Positions 1 through 9,999 of a stretch of 64,000 nucleotides of DNA are shown here, in pieces. Position 1 is the stretch's first letter. Each line of letters begins with the position of its first letter. The notes beneath the pieces are model-generated. The model searched no databases, was not told where the DNA came from, and worked only from the letters and a program-made list of their open reading frames with translations. Origin of the DNA: Treponemataceae bacterium (GTDB lineage Bacteria; Spirochaetota; Spirochaetia; Treponematales; Rectinemataceae). The stretch lies in the NCBI GenBank assembly GCA_963678065.2, contig CAXXVZ010000003.1, positions 2,272,001 through 2,336,000 of the forward strand. The letters run 5' to 3'. Made by a program: the position numbers and the translations under genes.

Positions 1-271
1 GTTCCCGGTTTTGCTGCCGGGTTTGGTGGCGACCGGCGCATATATAATCATAACTTCATGGAACGAATACCTTTATGCCGTCATGTTTACCAATAACGCG
101 ACTGAGACAATAACAGTCGCGCTGACAACAAAATTCATAACGATGATAGATATAAAATGGGATGTTTTGAGTGCGGGCATTGTTGTTTCGGTGATTCCGA
201 TCATTACGATCTTCATCATTTTTCAGAAGAACATCATTTCTGGATTAACTGAAGGAGCTGTGAAAGGGTGA
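1..271 (+). CDS. Carbohydrate ABC transporter permease (MalG-like), C-terminal part; 5' end outside window
   Basis: PGLVAT...SWNEY motif, hydrophobic helices and the C-terminal 'FQKNIISGLTEGAVKG' typical of CUT1 permeases. Confidence 0.9.
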   Translation, partial: FPVLLPGLVATGAYIIITSWNEYLYAVMFTNNATETITVALTTKFITMIDIKWDVLSAGIVVSVIPIITIFIIFQKNIISGLTEGAVKG

Positions 272-328
272 TTGTGTGTTTCTATGGCACAATAAAACAT
301 TTATTTGACAGAAAGGAGAAACCGAGAA

Positions 329-1537
329 ATGCAGAAAATCGAAAAATTCAGGATTGATTGGGGAAAAGAAGAGATCGAGGATACAATGAGACGCGTCCGC
401 AATGTCCGTTGGCCGCCTGAAATTCCGGGACAAGGGTGGGATTATGGTACAAATGTAGGTTACATGAAAGAGCTTGTCGATCATTGGCTCACTAAATACA
501 ATTGGCAGGAACAACTCGATTATCTAAACCAGTACCCTCACTATAAAGCCAAAATCGACGATATCGGAATTCATTATCTTGTGGCGGAAGGCAAGGGAAA
601 AAATCCAAAGCCGCTCATGATTTTGCACGGCTACCCATGGTCGGTGCTTACGCTGTACCGCATTATCCCGATGTTGACCGATCCCGCGAAATACGGGGGT
701 GATCCGGATAATTCATTTACGGTAATTGCACCTTCGCTGTGCGGTTTCTGTCTGTCCGATAATATCCCCGTACGCGGATTCAATGTTCCCAAGCATGCTG
801 AGTATTATCATCGGCTTATGACCGAAGTGCTTGGTTACAGAAAATACGCACTTCAGGGTGGAGATTGGGGAGGCATAACCGGTTGGTGCCTGGCAAAAAT
901 GTATCCGGAAGACTTATTCGGCGCGCATTTTCACTATATGGGCATGCGCATGAGGGACGAGCGCCCTGCCGATGAGATGGATCCCGATATCATCCGCGGC
1001 ATTGGTTTACAAACAGCGCCGCTTCGCCCCAAAGAAGCCGATTCACTGCGCTATTGGAAAGCTGCAGAAAAATACTGGATGTATGAAGGTGCCTACGCGC
1101 ATGTCAATATGACGCGGCCGCAGAGTTTTTCTTTCTCCATGTGTGATTCGCCGGTCGGAATGCTTGCCTGGTTTACGGAAAAATTCAGGTCCTGGAGTGA
1201 TTGGGATAACACTTTTGAAGAGAATTTTTCAAAAGATCATTTAATCACCAATGCTTTGCTCTACTATATTCCCAGGAGTTTTGCTTCTGCGATCAAGATC
1301 TATTATGAGTCTCACGCCAAGCCATGGTTTGTGAAACCAGGCGACAAGGTAACGGTTCCTACGGCTTTTGTGGCATTCCCGAAGGATATTGTGCCAATCA
1401 TCAAATCACGAGTGGAAATGTATTACAACTTAGTGCGTTTTCATGATTCTCCGCGCGGTGGTCATTTTGGCATTCATGAGCAGGCTGAGTATATGGCCAA
1501 AGACATTCGCGAATTCTATTTTGAGGATATCAAATAA
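329..1537 (+). CDS. Epoxide hydrolase family protein (EHN N-terminal domain + alpha/beta hydrolase)
   Basis: W-x-YGT...W N-terminal EHN segment, HGYP oxyanion motif, GGDWG nucleophile elbow, GGHF catalytic His; AAGGAG RBS before ATG 329. Confidence 0.88.
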   Translation: MQKIEKFRIDWGKEEIEDTMRRVRNVRWPPEIPGQGWDYGTNVGYMKELVDHWLTKYNWQEQLDYLNQYPHYKAKIDDIGIHYLVAEGKGKNPKPLMILHGYPWSVLTLYRIIPMLTDPAKYGGDPDNSFTVIAPSLCGFCLSDNIPVRGFNVPKHAEYYHRLMTEVLGYRKYALQGGDWGGITGWCLAKMYPEDLFGAHFHYMGMRMRDERPADEMDPDIIRGIGLQTAPLRPKEADSLRYWKAAEKYWMYEGAYAHVNMTRPQSFSFSMCDSPVGMLAWFTEKFRSWSDWDNTFEENFSKDHLITNALLYYIPRSFASAIKIYYESHAKPWFVKPGDKVTVPTAFVAFPKDIVPIIKSRVEMYYNLVRFHDSPRGGHFGIHEQAEYMAKDIREFYFEDIK

Positions 1538-1552
1538 AACGATGGAGGATCT

Positions 1553-2497
1553 GTGATGAGGCAAAGCGCTTTGTACGGTCTTATTGTGCCGATAATCACT
1601 CCTGTGGACGATGAGGAAAAAGTTGACGAAGTCTCTTTTCGGAAGATTGTTGGACGGCTAATCGGATGCGGAGTGCAGGGGTTGTTTATCGGGGGATCTG
1701 CGGGAGAAGGATCGCTGTTGTCCATGAAAGAATGGAGCAGGATGGTTGAAACGGCCTTTCAGGAAAACAAAAGCCGAGTTCATCTTCTCGGCGGAGTGAT
1801 GGACACGTCCACGGCGAGAGTCAAAGAAAAAATCAGAATTCTGAAAAACATTGGTTATAAAAATATTGTTTTAACACCGAGTTATTATTATACGCTTCGG
1901 TGTGATGATGAATTCATCAGGCTCTTCGGTGAAGCCAAGGAAGCATCAGGTGATATGGAGTTAATTGCTTATAATATTCCTAGCTGCACTGTGGCAAGAA
2001 TACCCGTAGAAGTTCTTTCCGAAATGACGCAGAGAGGTTGGATTCATTATTGCAAGGAAAGTTCCGGTGATCTGGTGTACTTGAAGGAAGTTATACAAAA
2101 ATGTGGAGAGCTTGGTTTGAAGGTTTTTATGGGCGATGAGGCGACAATGGATCAAGGCCTCCTTGCCGGTGCCTGCGGTGTTGTTCCCGTTTGTGCAAAT
2201 TATGACCCGGAGACGTTTATTAAAATCTATCAAGCTTCCGTTGGCGGGAACATCACTGAAGTACGGCGTTTGCAGGGGCGTATTAATGATCTGCGGGCAA
2301 ATCTCGTAAATGCAGGAGTGTGCTGGTTGGCAGGTTTGAAATACGCGGTAGCTTGCCTCGGAATGGGAGAGGGAGAGCCGGTTTCACCCCTCCAGCCACT
2401 TAGTGCAGAACAAAAGAAAAAGGTAAAAGCTTTTGTCGCTTCCGAAAATGGAAAAGGAGTTGTCTGCTTTGGAGACGACAAGAATACTTCCTCGTGA
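1553..2497 (+). CDS. Dihydrodipicolinate synthase / N-acetylneuraminate lyase family class I aldolase
   Basis: PIITP, GGSAGEG, AYNIP and YCKESSGD (Schiff-base Lys); GGAGG RBS. Confidence 0.9.
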   Translation: MMRQSALYGLIVPIITPVDDEEKVDEVSFRKIVGRLIGCGVQGLFIGGSAGEGSLLSMKEWSRMVETAFQENKSRVHLLGGVMDTSTARVKEKIRILKNIGYKNIVLTPSYYYTLRCDDEFIRLFGEAKEASGDMELIAYNIPSCTVARIPVEVLSEMTQRGWIHYCKESSGDLVYLKEVIQKCGELGLKVFMGDEATMDQGLLAGACGVVPVCANYDPETFIKIYQASVGGNITEVRRLQGRINDLRANLVNAGVCWLAGLKYAVACLGMGEGEPVSPLQPLSAEQKKKVKAFVASENGKGVVCFGDDKNTSS

Positions 2498-3019
2498 TTT
2501 ACCTCGTTTTGCGTCGAAGTCATTACGAATATGATGGCGCCCGGGGCGCGGGGATCCGTTATCGGAAATAATCCCTTCGCTTTCGCCGCGCCGGCAGGGG
2601 AAGAACGACCGGTATTTCTAGATATGGCCTTGAGCACGGTCGCCGCCGGCAAGATATACGCCGCTCAAAGCCACGGCAGCGTGATTCCCGACAATTGGTT
2701 AGTTGATGAGGAAGGTCTGCCGACTCAGGATATCAGCCGCTATCCTTTGGCTGGTTCGCTGTTGCCCATGGCTGGCCACAAAGGTTATGGACTTGCTGTC
2801 ATGGTGGAAGTACTGGCCGCAGTGCTTACGGGAGCTGCCATTACTAAGGAAGTGAAAAGCTGGATGTTGGATATGGAAAGTCACACCGATGAAGGGTATG
2901 CATTTGTCACCACTGATGTAGGAGCGACATACGGAATTCCTCTGCCACCGGAAGTAATCGCCAATCTGAATAGGTTGTCCGCCGAATTTGATATCGGCCA
3001 AATATGCCGATCCGAATAG
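2469..3019 (+). pseudogene. Ldh_2 (malate/L-lactate/ureidoglycolate dehydrogenase) family pseudogene with internal deletions
   Basis: GNNPFAFAAP, LDMALSTVAAGK and GHKGYGLA motifs in a 162-aa ORF. A short AAGGAG/TTG N-terminus (METTRILPRDL) near 2469 joins out of frame. The central NAD-binding part and the PGE motif are missing. Confidence 0.75.
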
Positions 3020-3045
3020 ACCCTAAAAAAGGGAGTCAATAAAGC

Positions 3046-4020
3046 ATGACATCAAAAGAAAGAGTTCTGGCCAGCCTTAATCTAAAAAAGCCTGACAGAG
3101 TGCCATTCATTGACAACATCGATGCCGAAATGGAACAGAAAATTACAGGGAAAAAAGAATATAGCAGACTGGAAGTGGCAGAGGCTTTTGGGCTTGATGC
3201 CATGGGGTATGACGGCTTTTTCCCACCTATTTTCGCCGAACAGGCAATCTCCGATGGAATAACATATTATACGCGAGGACTCATTAATTCGCGCGAGAAT
3301 TTGGATATCGTAAAAATGCCTGATCTTTCCGATACGAATTACTTTGACGAGGCCAAAAAATTCGTCGATCAAAACGGCGGAAAGAACTACGCTCTGTATG
3401 CGCGCACGAGGCTAGGGGCATCGGCTGTATTGCTCAGCATGGGACTGGAAAATTTCGCCTTCGATATTTCTGATGATACTGGCATTACTCAAGCGCTCTT
3501 GGAGATTTACTGCGGATGGACTGAGCGACTCATGGAGAAAATAAAGGATTGCGGGTTTGATTTTGTCTGGTGTTTTGATGACATTGCGTACAACAACGGC
3601 CCGATGATGTCTCCAGATGTTTTTCGCTCGCTTTTTATTCCCAACATGAAAAAAGCTGCGGATGCCTGCACATTGCCGTGGATATATCACAGCGACGGCA
3701 ACCTTATGCCTGTGCTTGATGATCTCCTTGTTTTGGGTATGAACGGACTTCATCCATTGGAGCCAGGGCCCATGGATATAAACGCAGTTAAAAAGAAATA
3801 CGGGAAATGTTTGTGTTTAATTGGAAATATCGATCTAGCATATACCCTGACGCGCGGTACAGTGGAAGAAGTCGACGCGGAAGTAAAGAAACGTATTTTG
3901 GAAATAGGAATAGACGGCGGCTATATGATCGCCAGTGCCAATACCATAACGAAGTATTGCAAACCGGAAAATGTTCGGTCGATGATCAATGCAATAAAAA
4001 AATATGCACCATTAGCGTAA
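3046..4020 (+). CDS. Uroporphyrinogen decarboxylase (URO-D/MtaA-CmuA-like) family protein
   Basis: MTSKERV...PDRVP start, DDIAY, HSDGN, GNID, GGYMIASAN motifs. Confidence 0.85.
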   Translation: MTSKERVLASLNLKKPDRVPFIDNIDAEMEQKITGKKEYSRLEVAEAFGLDAMGYDGFFPPIFAEQAISDGITYYTRGLINSRENLDIVKMPDLSDTNYFDEAKKFVDQNGGKNYALYARTRLGASAVLLSMGLENFAFDISDDTGITQALLEIYCGWTERLMEKIKDCGFDFVWCFDDIAYNNGPMMSPDVFRSLFIPNMKKAADACTLPWIYHSDGNLMPVLDDLLVLGMNGLHPLEPGPMDINAVKKKYGKCLCLIGNIDLAYTLTRGTVEEVDAEVKKRILEIGIDGGYMIASANTITKYCKPENVRSMINAIKKYAPLA

Positions 4021-4046
4021 AAGCATATAGAGGTTGAGAGTGACTT

Positions 4047-4721
4047 ATGAAGAGAAACGAAATCAATCAGCTGATTCGGAGTGCGGAGATTTTTTTTCGT
4101 GAGAATAAATTTATGCTACCGCCATGGGCGGGAAGAAGTCCCGGTGAATGGAAAGGTAAATATGCTGAGGAATCCGAGATCATTGACAACATGCTTGGCT
4201 GGGATCTTACCGATTTCGGTTCGGGCGATTTTTTCAAAAGAGGGCTTTTGCTTTTTACTATTCGCAATGGAGATATAATAAACAATAAAAAAACATATGC
4301 AGAAAAAATAATGATCGTTGAAGAAGAACAGGAGACGCCTTTGCACTTTCACTGGCAGAAAATGGAAGACATTGTCGTGCGTAACGGCGGCAATCTTATT
4401 CTCCAGCTTTACAATTCAACGCTTGATGAGAAACTGGCGTACACAGATGTTGAGTTACGTGTTGACGGCATTCTGAGAAGATTCCCGGCTGGCGGAAAAC
4501 TCGTACTCGGTCCCGGCGAAAGTGTATGCTTACCACAGCGAGTTTATCACCGTTTTTACGGTGAAAAAGGTAAAGGTAAAATTTTGGTTGGTGAAGTGAG
4601 CATGGTAAATGATGACACCACAGATAACCGTTTTTTCGAGGAAGCAGGACGTTTCCCCATAATCCACGAAGATGAAAAACCTTATCGTCTTCTGGCTTCC
4701 GATTACTCGAATTTCATTTGA
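4047..4721 (+). CDS. D-lyxose/D-mannose family sugar isomerase (cupin)
   Basis: MKRNEIN start, LGWDLTDFG, YAEKIM, TPLHFHWQKMEDI, GEVSMVNDD-x-x-DNRF. Confidence 0.9.
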   Translation: MKRNEINQLIRSAEIFFRENKFMLPPWAGRSPGEWKGKYAEESEIIDNMLGWDLTDFGSGDFFKRGLLLFTIRNGDIINNKKTYAEKIMIVEEEQETPLHFHWQKMEDIVVRNGGNLILQLYNSTLDEKLAYTDVELRVDGILRRFPAGGKLVLGPGESVCLPQRVYHRFYGEKGKGKILVGEVSMVNDDTTDNRFFEEAGRFPIIHEDEKPYRLLASDYSNFI

Positions 4722-4782
4722 TGGAATCGAGCAGGAAACTTTATTTCGCTAACGGCAGGAAAGGAACAATTAAGGAACAATT

Positions 4783-5136
4783 GTGGAAAAGCAAGGGTTG
4801 TCGCGAACATGCTACATTGTGTCGGAAAAAGATAATGTGGCTACGGTTATTGGGGAAATCAGCCCAGGCAGGATTGCCTTAACCGGCAAGGTAGTCGGTA
4901 ACAGAACTTTGGAAGTGAAACAGAAAATACAATACGGACACAAGGTTGCCATTCATGCCATAAAGAAAAATGAGGCTATTGTGAAATATGGCGTGACTAT
5001 TGGGGTCGCAACCGCTGACATAGCAAGTGGCGAACATGTGCACCTGCACAATATCAAAAGTCTTTATGATGAACGGGCCGCTACAAGGGATCCGGTGACT
5101 GCAGTCGCCACGGATATGGAATATGACCTCTATTGA
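4783..5136 (+). CDS. UxaA-family dehydratase small (SAF-domain) subunit
   Basis: DNVATV, GHKVA, VKYG-x-x-IG-x-A, GEHVHLHN. Confidence 0.88.
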   Translation: MEKQGLSRTCYIVSEKDNVATVIGEISPGRIALTGKVVGNRTLEVKQKIQYGHKVAIHAIKKNEAIVKYGVTIGVATADIASGEHVHLHNIKSLYDERAATRDPVTAVATDMEYDLY

Positions 5137-5168
5137 TGAAATAGCTTGAAACTAATGACTGCATCAAT

Positions 5169-5184
5169 ACGGTAACATTACCGT
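5169..5184. promoter_or_regulatory. Palindrome ACGGTAA-CA-TTACCGT, possible LacI-type operator or stem-loop
   Basis: Perfect 7-bp arms in the gap between the two UxaA subunits. Confidence 0.35.
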
Positions 5185-5270
5185 TTTGCATATTCAATAG
5201 TTATTGGTTTTGCTAGTTTTCCTTTTATTAACGATGGCAATAGCATATTTGCCATCACAAGGACATTGCG

Positions 5271-6503
5271 ATGAAATCTGATGATTTTCTCTGCACGGGA
5301 TATGAGAGAGCCGACGGAACGAAAGGGATACGGAATAAAATATTAATTATTTATACCGTCGAATGTAGCATGCATGTGTGTCAAAGAGTAGCGGAATATT
5401 TTCAGACAAAAAACGAGGATGTCGAAGTGGTCGGATCGATTGCCTGTCTCGACAATCAGGTGATCATCAGAAGACTGTTACGTTACAGCATTCATCCGAA
5501 TGTGGGGGCAACACTTGTTATCGGTATGGGGTGCGAACATACTCAGCCGCACCTAATTTCGGAATTCGCTCGAAAAAACGGACGCCTATCCGAATGGTTT
5601 AACATTCAGGAAGTCGGAGGTACTGCAAAAGGGATTGAGCTTGGTATAAGAATTATCAGCGACCAGTTTACTAAAATAAAAAAAACCAAAAGTGTACCGA
5701 TGGTAGTGGGCGATTTGATTGTCGGCGGTGAGTGTGGTGGTTCTGATTTTACGTCGGGTCTGGCGGGGAATGCATTGGTTGGCAGTTTTTTTGACCGTTT
5801 GGTGGATTGCCATGCGACAGCCATATTTGAGGAGCTTTGCGAGGCAATAGGCCTTTGTGATTATTTAGTTTCCAGGGGAGTCAATGAAGATGTCGGGCGT
5901 CAAATTGCTTTGACCTACAAAAAAACTGTGGATTACTGCAAAGCATACGGGGTTTTTTCAATTTCACCAGGGAATATGACCGGAGGCCTCAGCACTATAG
6001 AAGAAAAAAGCATGGGTTCTACGGCAAAAAGCGGAACAAGGCCAATTCAGGGTGTTCTTAAAATAGCAGAAACACCGAAAAAAAAGGGCCTGTGGCTTCT
6101 TGATATGATCCCGGATGAAAGACTTGAGCCCTGTTGTTTCTTGCAGGCGGGTGATGCCACCGATATGCTCGAACTGATCGCATCCAATTGTCACATTGTT
6201 TTGCTGGTAACGGGTCGCGGACATGTTGTTGGCGCGCCGATCAGCCCCGTAATTAAGATAACGGGAAATCCCCGTACCTACGCTGCCATGAGCGATGATA
6301 TCGACATAAATGCGAGTGCAGTGCTGTGTAGTGAAAAAACAATGGATGCTCTGACTGACGAGCTTTTTGCGTATGTCAAAGCTGTGTGCAACGGAACACG
6401 AAGTCACGCGGAACGTCTCGGACATCGTGAAGGTAGCATGTTTTTTAATTACCAAGCGCCAAATCAGGTTTTATCTGGCTGCTGTTTCACGAAGAATGGA
6501 TAG
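5271..6503 (+). CDS. UxaA-family (altronate/galactarate) dehydratase large subunit
   Basis: GYERADG-x-x-GIRN, HPNVG, GMGCE, ECGGSD, SPGN-x-x-GGLSTIEEKS, TGRG. Confidence 0.9.
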   Translation: MKSDDFLCTGYERADGTKGIRNKILIIYTVECSMHVCQRVAEYFQTKNEDVEVVGSIACLDNQVIIRRLLRYSIHPNVGATLVIGMGCEHTQPHLISEFARKNGRLSEWFNIQEVGGTAKGIELGIRIISDQFTKIKKTKSVPMVVGDLIVGGECGGSDFTSGLAGNALVGSFFDRLVDCHATAIFEELCEAIGLCDYLVSRGVNEDVGRQIALTYKKTVDYCKAYGVFSISPGNMTGGLSTIEEKSMGSTAKSGTRPIQGVLKIAETPKKKGLWLLDMIPDERLEPCCFLQAGDATDMLELIASNCHIVLLVTGRGHVVGAPISPVIKITGNPRTYAAMSDDIDINASAVLCSEKTMDALTDELFAYVKAVCNGTRSHAERLGHREGSMFFNYQAPNQVLSGCCFTKNG

Positions 6504-6687
6504 AAAATTCGGGACAATTATCGTCGACAAAATTTTCTCCATGAATTCCATATCTGATTCTGTTGTATTCAATTTGATTTCTGTTCTCATTCCCGAAGCA
6601 TATCATACGATTACTACACTGTCTGCTCTGGACAGAACAGTAGACATGAATCCGCTATTTTGGAGATCCTTCCGGCAAGTCATGGCT

Positions 6688-6972
6688 TCATTTATGGTTT
6701 TGGTGCGTTTTGTAGAAAGCGTGCCGGTATTGTGTCGGACTGATGCCTTCTACCAGTTTGAATATTCGCATGAAATATTTCTCATCGTCGAATCCGACTT
6801 CATACGCAATTTCCTTTACGCTCGAATCGGATTCGTACAGCAGTATCTTTGCCTTCGATACCCGCACTGTGTTGATGTATTCCAACAGACGCATCCCGGT
6901 ATGCATATGGAATATTTTGGAATAATAATTTGAATTGTAGTGGTACCTGGAGGCGACTTCTTTGGTGGATTT
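6688..6972 (-). pseudogene. AraC-family regulator, C-terminal HTH fragment only
   Basis: In-frame read EVASRYHYNSNYYSKIFHMHTG...VKEIAYEVGFDDEKYFMRIFK...GISPTQYR; N-terminal domain absent. Confidence 0.85.
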
Positions 6973-6974
6973 AT

Positions 6975-7321
6975 CTGTCGATCACGGTTTTCCTCTGGTA
7001 GCATACTCACCCCTTCTGCGCGGATTCTATACTGATTTGACACAAGCACTTCCGAAAGAGTTCGACAATACATACAACCGGGAGCGTATCACCGCGCTCA
7101 AACATGTGTTGGATGAAATCGGGGGAATTACGGCGAACCAATTGGTTCTAGCCTGGATGCGGGCGCAGAAAGCGGAAATAATTCCAATTGTTTCCGGCAG
7201 CACGATAGATCAAATTGAGGGTAATCTGAAAGCAAGCGAAATCAGCCTGACAACTGCTCAAATGGACTTGCTCAATCAGCCCGGAAAATTCGGTAGGGGG
7301 ACATGCTTATGCGAAAAATAG
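6975..7321 (+). pseudogene. Aldo/keto reductase C-terminal fragment
   Basis: AYSPLLRG, QLVLAW, IIPIVSGSTIDQIEGNL; the catalytic N-terminal two-thirds are missing. Confidence 0.8.
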
Positions 7322-8202
7322 GTTTTATCGGTTTGGGGATAATGGGCAAGCCGATGGCGGCAAACTTGACCAGGAAGGGTTGTGATCTTGTCGTCTATGA
7401 TCTGAATGGCGGCGCGGTTTCCGGGATGATTTCAATGGGAGCAGGGACGGGGATGGTCGAGTCTATCGGCGAATCGTGCAAAATAGTTTTCACGATTCTG
7501 CCGACCGGCGCCATCGTAAAGGATATTCTTTTCGGAAATAACGGTATCGCACAGCGCATGGCGCCGGGCGGCCTGATTGTCGATATGAGTTCGGTCACGC
7601 CCGGAGAATCGAGATTCTGCGCGGAAAAACTCAAAGAAAAAGGCATTGCCTTTCTCGACGCGCCGGTCAGCGGTGGAGAGCCCAAGGCAATCGATGGGAC
7701 CCTGTCGTTCATGGTCGGCGGCAAAACAAGCGCTTTCGAAACCGCACTCCCGTATTTCAGGATGATGGGGACCTCCGCCATCCTGGTAGGGGAAAACGGC
7801 AGCGGTTCCGTTGCGAAGCTCGTAAACCAGATCATCGTCAACAATACCATCGCGATTGTCTCGGAGGCCTTCGTTTTTGCCGCGAAGGCTGATGTCGATC
7901 CGATAAAAGTTTTCGAGGCGATAAAAGGCGGACTCGCTGCGAGCGAGATCCTGAACAGAAAAATCCCGATGATTGTAGAACGGAATTTTGCCCCTGGAGG
8001 GAAAATGTCCATCAATCTGAAGGATATCAAGAATGTGATGGAGACCGCGCACGAGATAGACGTTCCCCTTCCGTATACCGCCCAATTGCTCGAGATCATA
8101 CAAGGCTTGAAAATATCAGATGGATTGGATCTGGACCATTGCCCCATCATCCATCATTTCGAGAAACTCGCGGGTGTCGAGGTGAGAAAGAGAAACTTAT
8201 AA
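7309..8202 (+). CDS. garR: 2-hydroxy-3-oxopropionate reductase-like beta-hydroxyacid dehydrogenase
   Basis: KIGFIGLGIMGKPMA, DAPVSGGEPKAIDGTL, KLVNQ; substrate not established. Confidence 0.8.
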   Translation: MRKIGFIGLGIMGKPMAANLTRKGCDLVVYDLNGGAVSGMISMGAGTGMVESIGESCKIVFTILPTGAIVKDILFGNNGIAQRMAPGGLIVDMSSVTPGESRFCAEKLKEKGIAFLDAPVSGGEPKAIDGTLSFMVGGKTSAFETALPYFRMMGTSAILVGENGSGSVAKLVNQIIVNNTIAIVSEAFVFAAKADVDPIKVFEAIKGGLAASEILNRKIPMIVERNFAPGGKMSINLKDIKNVMETAHEIDVPLPYTAQLLEIIQGLKISDGLDLDHCPIIHHFEKLAGVEVRKRNL

Positions 8203-8254
8203 TGTCCCTTGATGGAAAATGTAATTCATTGTTGAAACAGTCAGGAGATCTACG

Positions 8255-9697
8255 ATGAGCGAGTTGCCTGTCTTGGAGATCGGCGTTCTGGAAAAATATG
8301 CCAAGCCCGATGAAGTTTCCGTCGATGCCGAGTTGAGAATCGCGCTCGGCAAATTGAACCGGAAAATCGTCGTGCTCGACGACGACCCTACCGGTGTGCA
8401 GACCGTCCATGGCATATCGGTCTATACGAGCTGGGATCCGCAAGCCATTGCGGCCGGCTTTGCTGAAAGCAATTCAATGTTTTTCATCCTTACCAACTCG
8501 CGCAGTTTTACGAGTGAAGAAACCAGGCGGGCGCATACGGAAATGGCTGAAAATATTGCCGCGATTTCAAAGGAAACCGGTAAGAAATATATCCTTGTCA
8601 GCCGGAGCGATTCGACGATGCGGGGGCATTTCCCCCTGGAAACCGGTACGCTGTGCAAGACTACCGAGGCGGGAACCGACAAAAAAATCGACGGGGAAAT
8701 AATCTTCCCCTTCTTCAAGGAAGGCGGCCGCTTCACCATCGACAACGTACATTATGTCAAGGAAAAGGGCGGCCTCGTTCCCGCAGGGCAGACGGAATTC
8801 GCCAAGGATAAAACCTTTGGCTATCGCAGTTCCCACCTGGGCGACTGGGTGGAAGAAAAGACCAAGGGTGCTTTCAGGAAGGAAGCGTGCATCTATATTG
8901 CCCTGGACGACCTTCGTTCACGTTCAGTTCAAAAGATCGCGGACCAATTGAGGCAGGCCTGCGATTTCAACAAAGTCATCGTGAACGCGATCGGCTATGT
9001 TGACGTGAAGGTATTCATGCTCGCCTTTATTGAAGCGATACTTTCCGGCAAGGAATTCATTTTCCGTAGCGCCGCAGCGGTGACAAAAGTCATTGGGGGT
9101 GTTCCCGATCACCCTCTTTTATCCAAGGCCGAACTCATTGACAGGGATAACCGGAATGGCGGCATCGTGCTGATCGGTTCGCACGTAAACAAGACGACAC
9201 AACAATTCGAGGCACTCAGGACTTTGAACGGAAAGGTCGAGTTCATCGAGTTCGATCAGCATCTTGTGATGAAGGAAGGCGGACTCGAGGGCGAAGTAGA
9301 ACGGGTGATCGATCTGGTGGAAAAATACATTCCGAAGGGAAAGGCCGTCATAGTTTACACTCGGCGTGAGCGTTTCGATTTGGATACTGATGACAAGGAG
9401 AAGCAGTTGGTCGTATCGGTCAGAATCTCCGACGCGATAACCGGCATCATCGGAAAACTGAAGGTGCGGCCCTCCTACATAATCGCCAAGGGCGGCATAA
9501 CATCCAGCGACATAGGTACGAAAGCACTGAAGGTGAAAAAAGCCACCGTCATGGGGCAGATCAGGCCGGGCATCCCCGTCTGGATGACAGGCGACGAAAG
9601 CAAATTCCCTCGCATGCCATATATCATCTTTCCCGGGAATGTCGGAGAGATCGAAACCCTTGAGCAGATTGTGGATGAATTGAGCTCGCTCCCGTAG
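8255..9697 (+). CDS. Four-carbon acid-sugar kinase family protein (DUF1537)
   Basis: VVLDDDPTGVQTV, TNSRS, RSDSTMRGH, GSHV, AKGGITSSD, FPGNVG; AGGAG RBS. Confidence 0.9.
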   Translation: MSELPVLEIGVLEKYAKPDEVSVDAELRIALGKLNRKIVVLDDDPTGVQTVHGISVYTSWDPQAIAAGFAESNSMFFILTNSRSFTSEETRRAHTEMAENIAAISKETGKKYILVSRSDSTMRGHFPLETGTLCKTTEAGTDKKIDGEIIFPFFKEGGRFTIDNVHYVKEKGGLVPAGQTEFAKDKTFGYRSSHLGDWVEEKTKGAFRKEACIYIALDDLRSRSVQKIADQLRQACDFNKVIVNAIGYVDVKVFMLAFIEAILSGKEFIFRSAAAVTKVIGGVPDHPLLSKAELIDRDNRNGGIVLIGSHVNKTTQQFEALRTLNGKVEFIEFDQHLVMKEGGLEGEVERVIDLVEKYIPKGKAVIVYTRRERFDLDTDDKEKQLVVSVRISDAITGIIGKLKVRPSYIIAKGGITSSDIGTKALKVKKATVMGQIRPGIPVWMTGDESKFPRMPYIIFPGNVGEIETLEQIVDELSSLP

Positions 9698-9999
9698 GTT
9701 GTTGAAATATCCTCAATGGTCACCCTCATGACCTAATGAGCACGGAGGATGTTCCATGCGAGCGAGCGATGGCATTCTGTGGCCATCAAATTTCGTTTAC
9801 CGATCCAAGCCAGCGTACGACGAAAGGCCACAGATGTTCTAAATCTTGATGAATCGGGCCTATATTCAGTCCGGGTATCATAACATTATCGTCACGATGC
9901 CCCTCAAGAGCGCCAACAGTGAACGCTCGAAGATCAAGACCGAGCTTCTGCAAATCCTCCTGAAAGAGACAGATAGCTGGGCTGGCGTTGTACAACGCC

